Part shown: one piece after another, positions 16,497 through 25,152 of the stretch
Layout: each line of letters begins with the position of its first letter
Position numbering within the stretch: position 1 is the first letter of the stretch
Origin: an uncultured Pseudomonadota bacterium
GTDB lineage: Bacteria; Pseudomonadota; Alphaproteobacteria; JACZXZ01
Length of the DNA: 64,000 nt
NCBI GenBank assembly: GCA_963749075.1
Contig: CAVVLJ010000016.1
Coordinates: 480,001-544,000 of the forward strand
Direction: 5' to 3'
Position numbers and translations under genes: made by a program
Notes under the pieces: generated by a model
Databases searched by the model: none
Seen by the model: the letters and a program-made list of their open reading frames with translations, nothing else
What the model was told of the DNA's origin: nothing

Positions 16497-17990
16497 ATGG
16501 ACAAGGAATTGCGGCTGCATCCCGAGGCGCTCGCCGCGGCGAGAGCCTATTGGCGGGCCAAGGATTATGCCGCGATGTACCGCGTGATCGCCCGGGATTT
16601 GCGCAGCCTCGGCGCGGATCACGATACCCAGGTCTGGTACGACCTGGCGGCCGGGATCAACGATCCGAAGTCGGAAAGCTTCCGCGGCGCCTTGGGGCGC
16701 TACTACGTGATGGAGAAGCTCTTCCAAGAGACCGGGCGGCTGATCGCGCCGTTCGGGGACGACTTCAACCGGGTGTCCGACGAGATCGCCTGGAAGGTTG
16801 GAAAATATGCCTACGAGCATGACGGCCTCGTTAGGACTTGGCCGGAAATCATGCAGAGGGATGCGCTGGCCGCAACGGAAGGTTTCCACAGCAGCCCAGA
16901 GGTCTGGCCCGGCTTCGCGGACGCCGAGCTCCTCGACTGGTGGCCGAAGTCGCTGTTCCCAAGGAGCTTCGACGACCATAGCTTTGCTGCCGACCTGCCG
17001 CCGGCCACGGCGACGGAGGTCGGACGCGCGGGCCTGAATGCCTTTTTCGACGAGGTCGAGGCGCCCGCTTGGGGTCCGCTCCGCTTCTACATCGAGGTGG
17101 GGCGCCTTGCCGCCCAGGGCCTCTACTCGACATGGCGCGGCGATTTCCGCGGCCACGACGGCGATTGGCTCGGCACCGGCAAACTCTATTGGCAGGAGCT
17201 CGGCAAGGAGCTCGAGCGTCCGTGGCATTGGGGCGACGACGTGCCGCCCGCGCCAGGTCCGCTCGGCGGGGACCTCCTCTTGCACGGCGCCGGCTCGCGC
17301 CTTTCGCTCATGGCAGCGCCGGACTCCCATTCCGGGCCGGCGCCGTCCGTCGCCGCCTCCTTCGCCGCCGATCGCGCGCGCACCGCCCTGGCGCTCCCCG
17401 GTTCCTTCGAGCCGGATTTAGCGATGCGCGGCTCTTGGATATGGCCGGACGCAGCGGCGCCGGCGACCCCGCCCGCGCCCCCGTTCGCCGCGGACGCCTC
17501 GCCTCTCCTCGCGTTGCCCTATCTGCCGGAGATGCGCGACGGGCTCGAGCTTCGGCATCTCGCGCTGCCTCCCGCCTGGGGCTCCGGGCATCTCTTCCCG
17601 GAGCTGTCGTTTCTTCCCGCGCGCGCCGCCGCCGACGGCTTCGATCCCGAGCCTGGCGACGTGCCGCACTGGCCGGCGGCCGACGAGTTCGTGCCTGACG
17701 GCGAGGCGAGCTTGCACGGTGACGGACCGCCGCCCCAGGGAGAGACCGGCGAGGACGGAAGGCGCCTCGAGCGCGTCGAGGGCGGCATCGGGCGGATCGA
17801 GCAGTCGCTGGCCGAGGTGGTCGCCAAGCTCGAGGCGAGCTACGCGCGGCGCGAGCGGCTCGGCCGCCGCGAGATCATTCGCGTGGTCTCCGAGTGGCTG
17901 GAGTACCAAGCCAACAAGCCGCGCAACATGTCGTGGCGCTACGACTTCCGCCGCACCTACACACCGCCGGGCCCCGTGCCCGCCATGTGA
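16497..17990 (+). CDS. Putative toxin/effector in the tape-measure gene position
   Basis: 497 aa: globular N-domain (YAAMYRVI..WYDLAAGIN..SDEIA..WPG), Pro/Ala linker, C-terminal coiled coil. Confidence 0.55.
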   Translation: MDKELRLHPEALAAARAYWRAKDYAAMYRVIARDLRSLGADHDTQVWYDLAAGINDPKSESFRGALGRYYVMEKLFQETGRLIAPFGDDFNRVSDEIAWKVGKYAYEHDGLVRTWPEIMQRDALAATEGFHSSPEVWPGFADAELLDWWPKSLFPRSFDDHSFAADLPPATATEVGRAGLNAFFDEVEAPAWGPLRFYIEVGRLAAQGLYSTWRGDFRGHDGDWLGTGKLYWQELGKELERPWHWGDDVPPAPGPLGGDLLLHGAGSRLSLMAAPDSHSGPAPSVAASFAADRARTALALPGSFEPDLAMRGSWIWPDAAAPATPPAPPFAADASPLLALPYLPEMRDGLELRHLALPPAWGSGHLFPELSFLPARAAADGFDPEPGDVPHWPAADEFVPDGEASLHGDGPPPQGETGEDGRRLERVEGGIGRIEQSLAEVVAKLEASYARRERLGRREIIRVVSEWLEYQANKPRNMSWRYDFRRTYTPPGPVPAM

Positions 17991-18028
17991 GCCCCGCTGC
18001 CGCGCGCGACGCGGCACCGCGCAAGGCG

Positions 18029-18064
18029 TATATATGCCGTGAGGGATATGCAACCGCGCATGGG
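18029..18064 (+). promoter_or_regulatory. Conserved leader element, copy 1 (degenerate left arm)
   Basis: TATATAT...CAACCGCGCATGGG shared with 21749 and 24301. Confidence 0.45.
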
Positions 18065-18076
18065 AAGGGAGTTGCG

Positions 18077-18838
18077 ATGCGGCCCTACGACGGGGCAGAG
18101 CGCACGAGACGGGAGGGGTTAGGGTTTCGGCGCGGCCTCGCCGCCGCCGCGCTGCTGACGGTCCTCGCCCTAGCAGCGCCGGCTGCCGCGCGCTACGGCG
18201 ATTTCGACTTCTGGGGCCGCACTTGGCCGCTGCCGATCTATGTGCCGGTGTGGAGCGCCGACGCGGCGGTCTGCCAGCGCATCGTGAAGGCGCTCAATGG
18301 TGCCCGGCGGCCGTCGCTGTCGCTATATAGCAATAAGATATTCCTCCGCTGGCATGACCATCCGGCATACCCTCGCAAGAACGGCACTGAGTGGAAGCTG
18401 GGGGAAGACTACGGCCGTTGGATGGAGGTGCCGCTCTTCAACGACGGTAGGCCGGTCATCGCGCTCAAGGTCATCTCTCCAGGCGCGCATTTCGTGCAGG
18501 AGGTCTTCTATGTCTTTGACGATCTCGCCTACTACCGCTCCCAGGACTGGCTGAAGGGCAAGCTGTGGGAAGACCCAAGTGTTCTGCAGCCGATCGAGCC
18601 GTTCCTGGGCAAGCAATTCTACACGCTGATGCCGCTGCCGAGGACAATCAAGGATTACCATTACTGGAGTCTCGATTGGATTGGCAGTGACGAGGAGACG
18701 AATATCGCAGATTTTAATGGCCGATTATACGAAGTCATCAGGAGGCCATCTGATGAGGCCATTCTTATTCTATATTTTTCCGAGGAACGCAGAGGACATG
18801 CGGTTTGTCTCATCGGGCCGAAGAAACTGGTTCGATGA
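18077..18838 (+). CDS. Exported immunity/inhibitor-like protein, pair 1
   Basis: 253 aa; signal peptide ending APAAA; RYGDFDFWGR.WPLPIYVPVWSADAAVC...VCLIGPKK; two conserved Cys. Confidence 0.7.
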   Translation: MRPYDGAERTRREGLGFRRGLAAAALLTVLALAAPAAARYGDFDFWGRTWPLPIYVPVWSADAAVCQRIVKALNGARRPSLSLYSNKIFLRWHDHPAYPRKNGTEWKLGEDYGRWMEVPLFNDGRPVIALKVISPGAHFVQEVFYVFDDLAYYRSQDWLKGKLWEDPSVLQPIEPFLGKQFYTLMPLPRTIKDYHYWSLDWIGSDEETNIADFNGRLYEVIRRPSDEAILILYFSEERRGHAVCLIGPKKLVR

Positions 18839-18880
18839 GGCCTACCAGGCTCTCGATTTACGCGAGAAGAGGACTGCGTC

Positions 18881-20533
18881 ATGGCTGACCTGCCGCCCAC
18901 CGGCAATTACGACAAGGCCGCTCGGTACAAGAGTTTCCGCAACGAGCTCATAGGGCAGGCCGAGAACCCAAATCTCGCAAGGGGACTGATCAGCAGCCCA
19001 CCGTAGTCGACGGCCATCTGACGCTTGGCTTCGGTTACGACCTCGCGACGCGCCGCTCGAATCCCGAGGGGATCCTCGCCGACCTGGCGTTGGCCGGCAT
19101 TGCGCTCACGGTCCAACAGACCGCGGCGATCCTCTACTATGGCGGCAAACCGAATTCGGTCATCCGGGGCTATCTCGACGATCTCGCCGCGTTCGGAACG
19201 ACGGTCACCGACGACGACCGCAAGTTCGTCGAGAATTTGACTGCGCAGGATCGGACAGATGAGGGCCTCGGTCACCTCCTGTCCGACCTCCTGATCACGA
19301 AGCCGCAGGGCACGGCGCTGCTCGAGATCGCCGTCTCGGAGAAGGAGAAGCGGCTCGACAGGATCATCGAGGAGCGTGCGAAGAAGCTCAGGAAGAAGGA
19401 TAAGGGCCCTGAGGCGGAGCGGCTCGAGCAGTTGACGCAGCTCACCGACCGGCGCGCGGTGCTGGTCGATATGCTCTACGAGACGGCGAGCCTCCTCGGT
19501 CCCAGGCTCCTCCACGCGCTCGGTATGGGCGATGCGGCCGCGGCGGCGGTCGAGATCGCCTTCTTCAGCAACAAGGACCCGGTCGACAACAGCGGCGACG
19601 ACCCGCGCGACCGCACGCGCGCCGAGAAGTTCCTCGGCGGCGCGCTCGAGCCGCGCACGGAGGAGGAGGCGCGGGCGTTCCTCCGCGCGCTCGCGGAGCG
19701 CTCCGGCGATCTGGCCGAGGCCCTGGCGAAACGACGATTTGCCAATGAGGGCGTTGAGGGGGATTACCGCGCTGCCGTCGGCAAGCTCGCCAACGTGGCG
19801 CTGCGCCGGCTCGGCGTGGCGGCGACGATCGCTTTGAGCGACCGCGGCCGCCTCGCGGTGCAACAGGCGGTGCCGCTCGACCGCTTCGCCGAGGCCTTCG
19901 GCCTCACGGCGCTCGAGGTGGCGCTCGTCAACCCCGAGCTCTTCCCGACCGCACCCGACCAGTGGGCGCCGACCATGCTGAGCGTGGGCGCCGCCCCGCA
20001 TCTGCCGACCGCGGCGGAGCGGGCGGCGCTCGAGCGGACGCTGCGGGATGCCGGGCCGCTCCTGGCGCCCGAGCGGTACGAGGAGCTGCGCCGGCGCTAT
20101 CTCGACAATCTGCATCCGCCGCCGCGGGGCCAAGCCGAGCTGCCCGGCGGCGGCCCGTCGCTGGCCGTGGTGCCGCGCGCGGCGCCCGGAGCTCGCGCTC
20201 GCGCTCGAGGCGGCGCTGCCGCCGCCGCAGCCGTGGTCCGCGGCCTTTGCGCGCGACGCCGAGCTGATTTGGAGCGCGCCGGTCCAGGCGCTCCTCCCGC
20301 GCGACGTCCGGGACGCCTGGCTTCGCTTTGAGGGCGGGCTCTCCGAGGAGGAGGAGGCAGCACTCCGGGTGCTGCCGGCTCCGCCGCCGCGGGGCTGGGG
20401 TGTTGCCGCCCGCCGGCGCGCGGGACCCCGTCTCGACGTGGCGGCGCTCGACCGCATCATCGCGAAGATTGAGCGGGTGGTGCGCCTCTCCGAGATCCTC
20501 CTCGAGAAGGTCGAGGCGTGGAACCGCGGGTAG
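18881..20533 (+). CDS. Lysozyme-like + LysM-like effector, pair 1 (two frameshifts, near 18980 and 20186)
   Basis: Paralog of 22601..24235 over its full length; one base missing in GCAAGGGG and one extra in GGCGCCCGG relative to paralogs; may be sequencing error. Confidence 0.6.
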
Positions 20534-20608
20534 GGCTCCGCCCGGCTTAGGCGAGGCGTCGGCCCTCGGCAATTCTCCCCATTGAGCGCGCGCAAGGTGC
20601 GGGGCGGC

Positions 20609-21697
20609 ATGAGCGACACCTCATCGAGCGGCACCTCCGCAGGGCGGCGGCCGCGCGCGGCGATCGACGTGGCAGGGACGCGGCTCGGCGGCATCGTCGA
20701 GCTCGAGGTGAGCAGCAACAACCTGCAGTCGCCGGATAGCTTCCGCGCGACGCTTGCGCTCGGCGCGCTGCCGCAATCGCTCGGCCTCGCCTATTGGGCC
20801 CAAGCGAGCGACGTGAGCGTCGAGCTCTTCGCGGGCTTCGCGGTGGACGGCGGGACGGGCGCGGACGCCACGCTCGCGAGCCTCATCCAGGGCAAGGTCG
20901 ACCGCGTCGAGATCGATCCCGTCGCCGCCGAGCTGCACCTCTCCGGCCGCGACCTCTCGGCGCCGCTCTTCGACAACCGCACCAGCGAGAAGTTCGACAA
21001 CCAGACGAGCTCGGAGATCGCCACCACGCTCGCGGCGCGGCGCGGGCTCAATCCGGTCGTGACGGCGACCACCACGCTCGCGGGGCGCTATTACGAGATC
21101 GAGACGGCGCGGCTCACCCGCGAGGTGGTCGAGTGGGACCTCCTCTCCTATCTCGCGCGCGAGGAGGCCTTCGATCTCTTCGTGCGCGGCGGGAGCCTCT
21201 ATTTCCAGCCGCCGGCGGGAGAGGCCGCGGCCACCTATGCGGTGCAGTATACGCCGGCCGCCGGCGGCACGCCTGCGGGGGGCAACTTCATCGACTTGAA
21301 GCTCGCGCGCGACCTCACCCTCGCGGAGGGTGTGAGCGTCACGGTCAAGAGCTGGAACGCCAAGGATGGCACCGGCTTCGCGCTGAGCGCCCCGCAGGCA
21401 GGCACGGGCGGACTCAGCTACAGCTTCGTGCTGCCCGGCCTCAAGCCGAGCCAGGCGCTCAAGTTCGCCTCCTCGCAATATAATGAGATCACGCGGCACG
21501 AGCGCAGCCTCGCGGTGACGCTCCCCGGCGACACCTCGCTCACGCCGCAATCGCGCCTGACGCTCGAGGGCACCGGCAGCGGCTTCGACCAGAGCTACTT
21601 CATCACCGGCATCGAGCGCCGCTTCTCCTTCGAGGGCGGCTTCACAATGACCGTCTGCGCCAAGAACGTCTCGCCCGGCGGCGACCCCGCGGGCTGA
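20609..21697 (+). CDS. Baseplate hub (late control D-like) protein
   Basis: GKVDRVEIDP..LHLSGRDL..DNRTSEKF.NQTSSEIA, EWDLLSYLA.EE.F, VTVKSWN, FDQSYFI. Confidence 0.8.
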   Translation: MSDTSSSGTSAGRRPRAAIDVAGTRLGGIVELEVSSNNLQSPDSFRATLALGALPQSLGLAYWAQASDVSVELFAGFAVDGGTGADATLASLIQGKVDRVEIDPVAAELHLSGRDLSAPLFDNRTSEKFDNQTSSEIATTLAARRGLNPVVTATTTLAGRYYEIETARLTREVVEWDLLSYLAREEAFDLFVRGGSLYFQPPAGEAAATYAVQYTPAAGGTPAGGNFIDLKLARDLTLAEGVSVTVKSWNAKDGTGFALSAPQAGTGGLSYSFVLPGLKPSQALKFASSQYNEITRHERSLAVTLPGDTSLTPQSRLTLEGTGSGFDQSYFITGIERRFSFEGGFTMTVCAKNVSPGGDPAG

Positions 21698-21748
21698 CGG
21701 CAGCACCCCCGGCGCGCGCTCTCGCGCTGGCGGCATCGACGGAAGCGG

Positions 21749-21784
21749 TATATATCCCATGTCGGTTGTGCAACCGCGCATGGG
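21749..21784 (+). promoter_or_regulatory. Conserved leader element, copy 2
   Basis: TATATAT followed by hairpin CCCATG-T-CGGTTG-TG-CAACCG-CG-CATGGG. Confidence 0.5.
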
Positions 21785-21796
21785 GCGGGAGCTTCG

Positions 21797-22558
21797 ATGC
21801 GGCCGGGCGACGGGACGGAGCGCACGGGACGAGAGGGGTTGCGGCTTCGGCGCGGCCTCGCCGCCGCCGCGCTGCTGACGCTCGTCGCCATTGCAGCGCC
21901 CGCTGCCGCGCGCTACGGCGATTTCGACTTCTGGGGCCGCAGCTGGCCGCTGCCGATCTACGTGCCGGTGTGGAGCGCGGACGCGGCGGTGTGCGGGCGC
22001 ATCGTTAAGGCGCTCAACGCTGCCCGGCGGCCGTCGATGTCGCTCTACAGCAACAGGATTTTCCTCCGCTGGCAGGACTATCCGGCGGACGCGCGCACCA
22101 ACGGTCCCGATTGGCACCCATACCAAGACCATGCGCGCTGGATGGAGGTGCCATTCTTCAACGACGGCTGGCCGGTCATCGCGTTCAAGGTTATCTATGA
22201 GAGCAGCCGCTTCATCGACGAGCATCTCTACGTCTTCGACGATTTGGCCTACTACCGCTCCGAGGACTGGCTGACGGACAAGCTGCGGCAGAACCCGCGT
22301 GTATTGATGCCGATCGAGCCGTTCCTGGCCAAGCAGTTCTACACATTGATGCCGCTGCCGAAGACAATGAAGGATTACCATTATTGGAGTCTCGATTGGG
22401 TCGGGTATGATGAGGAGACGAATATAGCGAATATTGATGGCCGATTATATATAGTCATTAGGAGGCCGTCTGGTGAGGCCATTCTCGTATTATTGTTTTC
22501 CGAGGAACGCAAGGGGCGCGCAGTGTGTCTCATCGGGCCAAAGAAACTGGTTCGATGA
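21797..22558 (+). CDS. Exported immunity/inhibitor-like protein, pair 2
   Basis: 253 aa paralog of 18077..18838. Confidence 0.7.
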   Translation: MRPGDGTERTGREGLRLRRGLAAAALLTLVAIAAPAAARYGDFDFWGRSWPLPIYVPVWSADAAVCGRIVKALNAARRPSMSLYSNRIFLRWQDYPADARTNGPDWHPYQDHARWMEVPFFNDGWPVIAFKVIYESSRFIDEHLYVFDDLAYYRSEDWLTDKLRQNPRVLMPIEPFLAKQFYTLMPLPKTMKDYHYWSLDWVGYDEETNIANIDGRLYIVIRRPSGEAILVLLFSEERKGRAVCLIGPKKLVR

Positions 22559-22600
22559 GGCCTGCCGGGCTCTCGATTTACGAGAGAAGAGGGTTGTGGC

Positions 22601-24235
22601 ATGGCTAACTCGGCGCTCACCGGCAATCACGACGAGGCCAAACAGTACAAGAAATTCCGCAACGAGCTCATCGAGCAGGGCGAGAACCGGGACCTCGCAA
22701 AGGGGACTGATCAGCAGCCCACGGTAGTCGACGGTCATGTAACGCTCGGCTTCGGCTACGACCTGGCGACGCGGCGCGCGGATCCCTACGGGATTCTCGC
22801 CGACCTCGCCTCCGCCGGCATCGCCCTCACGGCCAAACAGACCGCGGCCATCCTCTTCTATGGCGGGGCGCCGATCGCCAGCATCCTGCACTATCTCGGC
22901 GTTCTCGCCGTCTGGACGACGGTCACCGACGACGACCGCAAGTTCGTTGAGAATTTGAGCGCGCAGGATCGGACGGATGAGGGCCTTGGCCACCTTCTGT
23001 CCGGCCTCCTGATCACGAAGCCGCAGGGCGTGGCGTTATTCGAGATCGCCGTTTCGGAGAAGGAGAAGAGGTTCGACGGGATCATCGAGGGGCTTCAGAA
23101 GGACCTCAAGAAACACGAGAAGGTCATTGAGGCGCAGCAGCTCGAGCGGCTCAAGCTGCTCTCCGACCAGCGCGCGGTGCTGGTCGATCTGCTCTACCAG
23201 ACGGAGCGTTTCCTCGGGCCGAGGCTCCGCGACGCGCTTATGGCGAACGACGCGATGGCGGCGGCGACCGAGATTGCCTTCTTCACCAATTCGGCAGGGA
23301 CGCAGCACGGCGACGAGCGCAACCTCGCGCGCTCCAGGGCGTTCCTCGGCCATGCCTTCGAGCCGACGACGGAGGCGGAGGCGCGGTCGGTCCTGCATGT
23401 TCTCGCCGAGCGGCAAGGAGACCTGGCGCAGACGCTGGCGTCACGGCGGCGTCACGGCAAGGTTCTGAAGGACTACCGCGACCAGGTGAGCGCCGCGGCC
23501 AACGCGGCGCTGCGCAGGCTCGGCGTGGCGACGACGGTCGCCTTGAGCGATAGCGGCCGCCTCGCGGTGCAACAGGCGGTGCCGGTCGACCGCTTCGCCG
23601 AGGCCTTCGGCCTCACGGCCCTCGAGGTGGCGCTCGTCAATCCCGAGCTTTTCCCGACGGCACCCGACCAGGGGGCGCCGACCATGCTGCGCGCGGGTGC
23701 CGCCCCGCATCTGCCGACCGCGGCGGAGCGGGCGGCGCTCGAGCGGACGCTACGAGATGCCGGACCGCTCCTGGCACCCGAGCGGTTCGAGGAGCTGCGC
23801 CGGCGCTATCTCGACAATCTGCATCCGCCGCGGCGCGGTCATGCCGAGCTGCCCGACGGCGCCCCGTCGCTGGCCGCGGCGCGGCTCGTGGCGCCGGAGC
23901 TCGAGCTCGAGGCGGCCCTGCCGCCGCCGCCGGCCGGGTCTGCCGCCTTCGCGCGCGACGCGGAGCTGACTTCGAGCGCGCCGGTCCAGACGCTCCTCCC
24001 GCGCGACGGCCGGGACGCCTGGCTTCGCCTTGAGAGCGGGCTCTCCGAGGCGGAGGCCGCGGTACTCTGGGCGCGGCCCGTTCCGCCGCCGCGGGGCTGG
24101 GGCGCCGCCGCAGGCCGGCGCGCGGCATCTCGCCTGAGCGCGGAGGCGCTCGACCGCATCATCGCGAAGATCGAGCGGGCGGTGCGCCTTTCCGAAATCC
24201 TCCTCGAGAAGGTCGAGGCGTGGAACCGCGGGTAG
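22601..24235 (+). CDS. Lysozyme-like + LysM-like effector, pair 2 (intact)
   Basis: GHVTLGFGYDL, ITKPQG.AL.E, QRAVLVDLLYQ..LGPRL.DAL..D..AA.EI (T4-lysozyme/GH24-like); FAEAFGLTALEVALVNPEL..MLRAGAAPHLP (LysM-like); Pro/Ala linker; C-terminal coil. Confidence 0.7.
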   Translation: MANSALTGNHDEAKQYKKFRNELIEQGENRDLAKGTDQQPTVVDGHVTLGFGYDLATRRADPYGILADLASAGIALTAKQTAAILFYGGAPIASILHYLGVLAVWTTVTDDDRKFVENLSAQDRTDEGLGHLLSGLLITKPQGVALFEIAVSEKEKRFDGIIEGLQKDLKKHEKVIEAQQLERLKLLSDQRAVLVDLLYQTERFLGPRLRDALMANDAMAAATEIAFFTNSAGTQHGDERNLARSRAFLGHAFEPTTEAEARSVLHVLAERQGDLAQTLASRRRHGKVLKDYRDQVSAAANAALRRLGVATTVALSDSGRLAVQQAVPVDRFAEAFGLTALEVALVNPELFPTAPDQGAPTMLRAGAAPHLPTAAERAALERTLRDAGPLLAPERFEELRRRYLDNLHPPRRGHAELPDGAPSLAAARLVAPELELEAALPPPPAGSAAFARDAELTSSAPVQTLLPRDGRDAWLRLESGLSEAEAAVLWARPVPPPRGWGAAAGRRAASRLSAEALDRIIAKIERAVRLSEILLEKVEAWNRG

Positions 24236-24264
24236 CATGCCGATGGACGCCTTCCTCAACCGGC
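23575..24264 (+). repeat. Near-identical direct repeat, copy A (copy B about 26131-26820)
   Basis: Effector 3' halves plus the first 28 nt of the spike gene are almost base-identical. Confidence 0.85.
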
Positions 24265-24300
24265 CGAGCCCTGCCGCGCTGGCCGCATCGACGTTGACAG

Positions 24301-24336
24301 GATATATCTCATGTCGGTTATACAACCGACTATGGG
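24301..24336 (+). promoter_or_regulatory. Conserved leader element, copy 3
   Basis: GATATAT followed by GTCGGTT-ATAC-AACCGAC inverted repeat. Confidence 0.5.
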
Positions 24337-24348
24337 ATGGAGGTCCCG

Positions 24349-25110
24349 ATGCGGCCGTGCGGCGCGGCGGAACGGACGAAAGGAGAGGGGCTTCGGCGCC
24401 GCCTCGCCGCCGCCGTGCTGCTCGCGCTTCTCGCGGTCGCGGTGCCGGCCGCGGCGCGCTATGGCGATTTCGACTTCTGGGGCCGCACGTGGCCGCTCCC
24501 GATTTATGTGCCGGTGTGGAGCGCCGATGCGGCGGTGTGCCGGCGCATCGTGAAGGCGCTCAACGCGGCGCGGCAGCCATCGCGGTCGCTCTACAGCAAT
24601 AAGATCTTCCTGCGCTGGCAGGACCATCCGGCATACGCTCCCGCCGGCAGCGCCGATCGGAAGCTGGGCGACCCCTACGGCCGTTGGATGGAGGCACCGT
24701 TCTTCAACGACGGCAAGCCGGTCGTTGCGCTCAAAGTCATTTATGAGGGTGACCGCTTTGTCGTCGAGCATTTCTACGTCTTCGATGATCTCGCCTACTA
24801 CCAGTCCCAGGACTGGCTGGAGGGCAAGCTGTGGGAGGATCCGAGCGTGCTTCGGCCGATCGAGCCGTTCTTGAACAAGGCTTTCAACACGTTCATCGCG
24901 CTGCCGAAGACGACAATGGATTACGATTATTGGAACCGCACCGGGATCGGCAGCACCCAGGAGGTCAATCTCGCTCGCCTGGATGACAAGATCTACGCCG
25001 TGGTGAGGATGCCGGCATACGAGCGATTTCTCGTTCTGTATTTCACGGGCGACAGGCAGGGCCACCCGGTTTGTATCATCGGGCCGAAGAAGCGGGTCAG
25101 GTACAAATAG
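24349..25110 (+). CDS. Exported immunity/inhibitor-like protein, pair 3
   Basis: 253 aa paralog with a divergent C-terminal third. Confidence 0.7.
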   Translation: MRPCGAAERTKGEGLRRRLAAAVLLALLAVAVPAAARYGDFDFWGRTWPLPIYVPVWSADAAVCRRIVKALNAARQPSRSLYSNKIFLRWQDHPAYAPAGSADRKLGDPYGRWMEAPFFNDGKPVVALKVIYEGDRFVVEHFYVFDDLAYYQSQDWLEGKLWEDPSVLRPIEPFLNKAFNTFIALPKTTMDYDYWNRTGIGSTQEVNLARLDDKIYAVVRMPAYERFLVLYFTGDRQGHPVCIIGPKKRVRYK

Positions 25111-25152
25111 TGCAGACCCTTACGCGGTCTTTGCTCTAAGGAGGATTGCGGC

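Noticed and set aside
18975-20190. Phase variation of effector 1 by slipped-strand mispairing
   Set aside because: Homopolymer runs are only 2-4 nt and similar indels occur in housekeeping genes; sequencing error is more parsimonious
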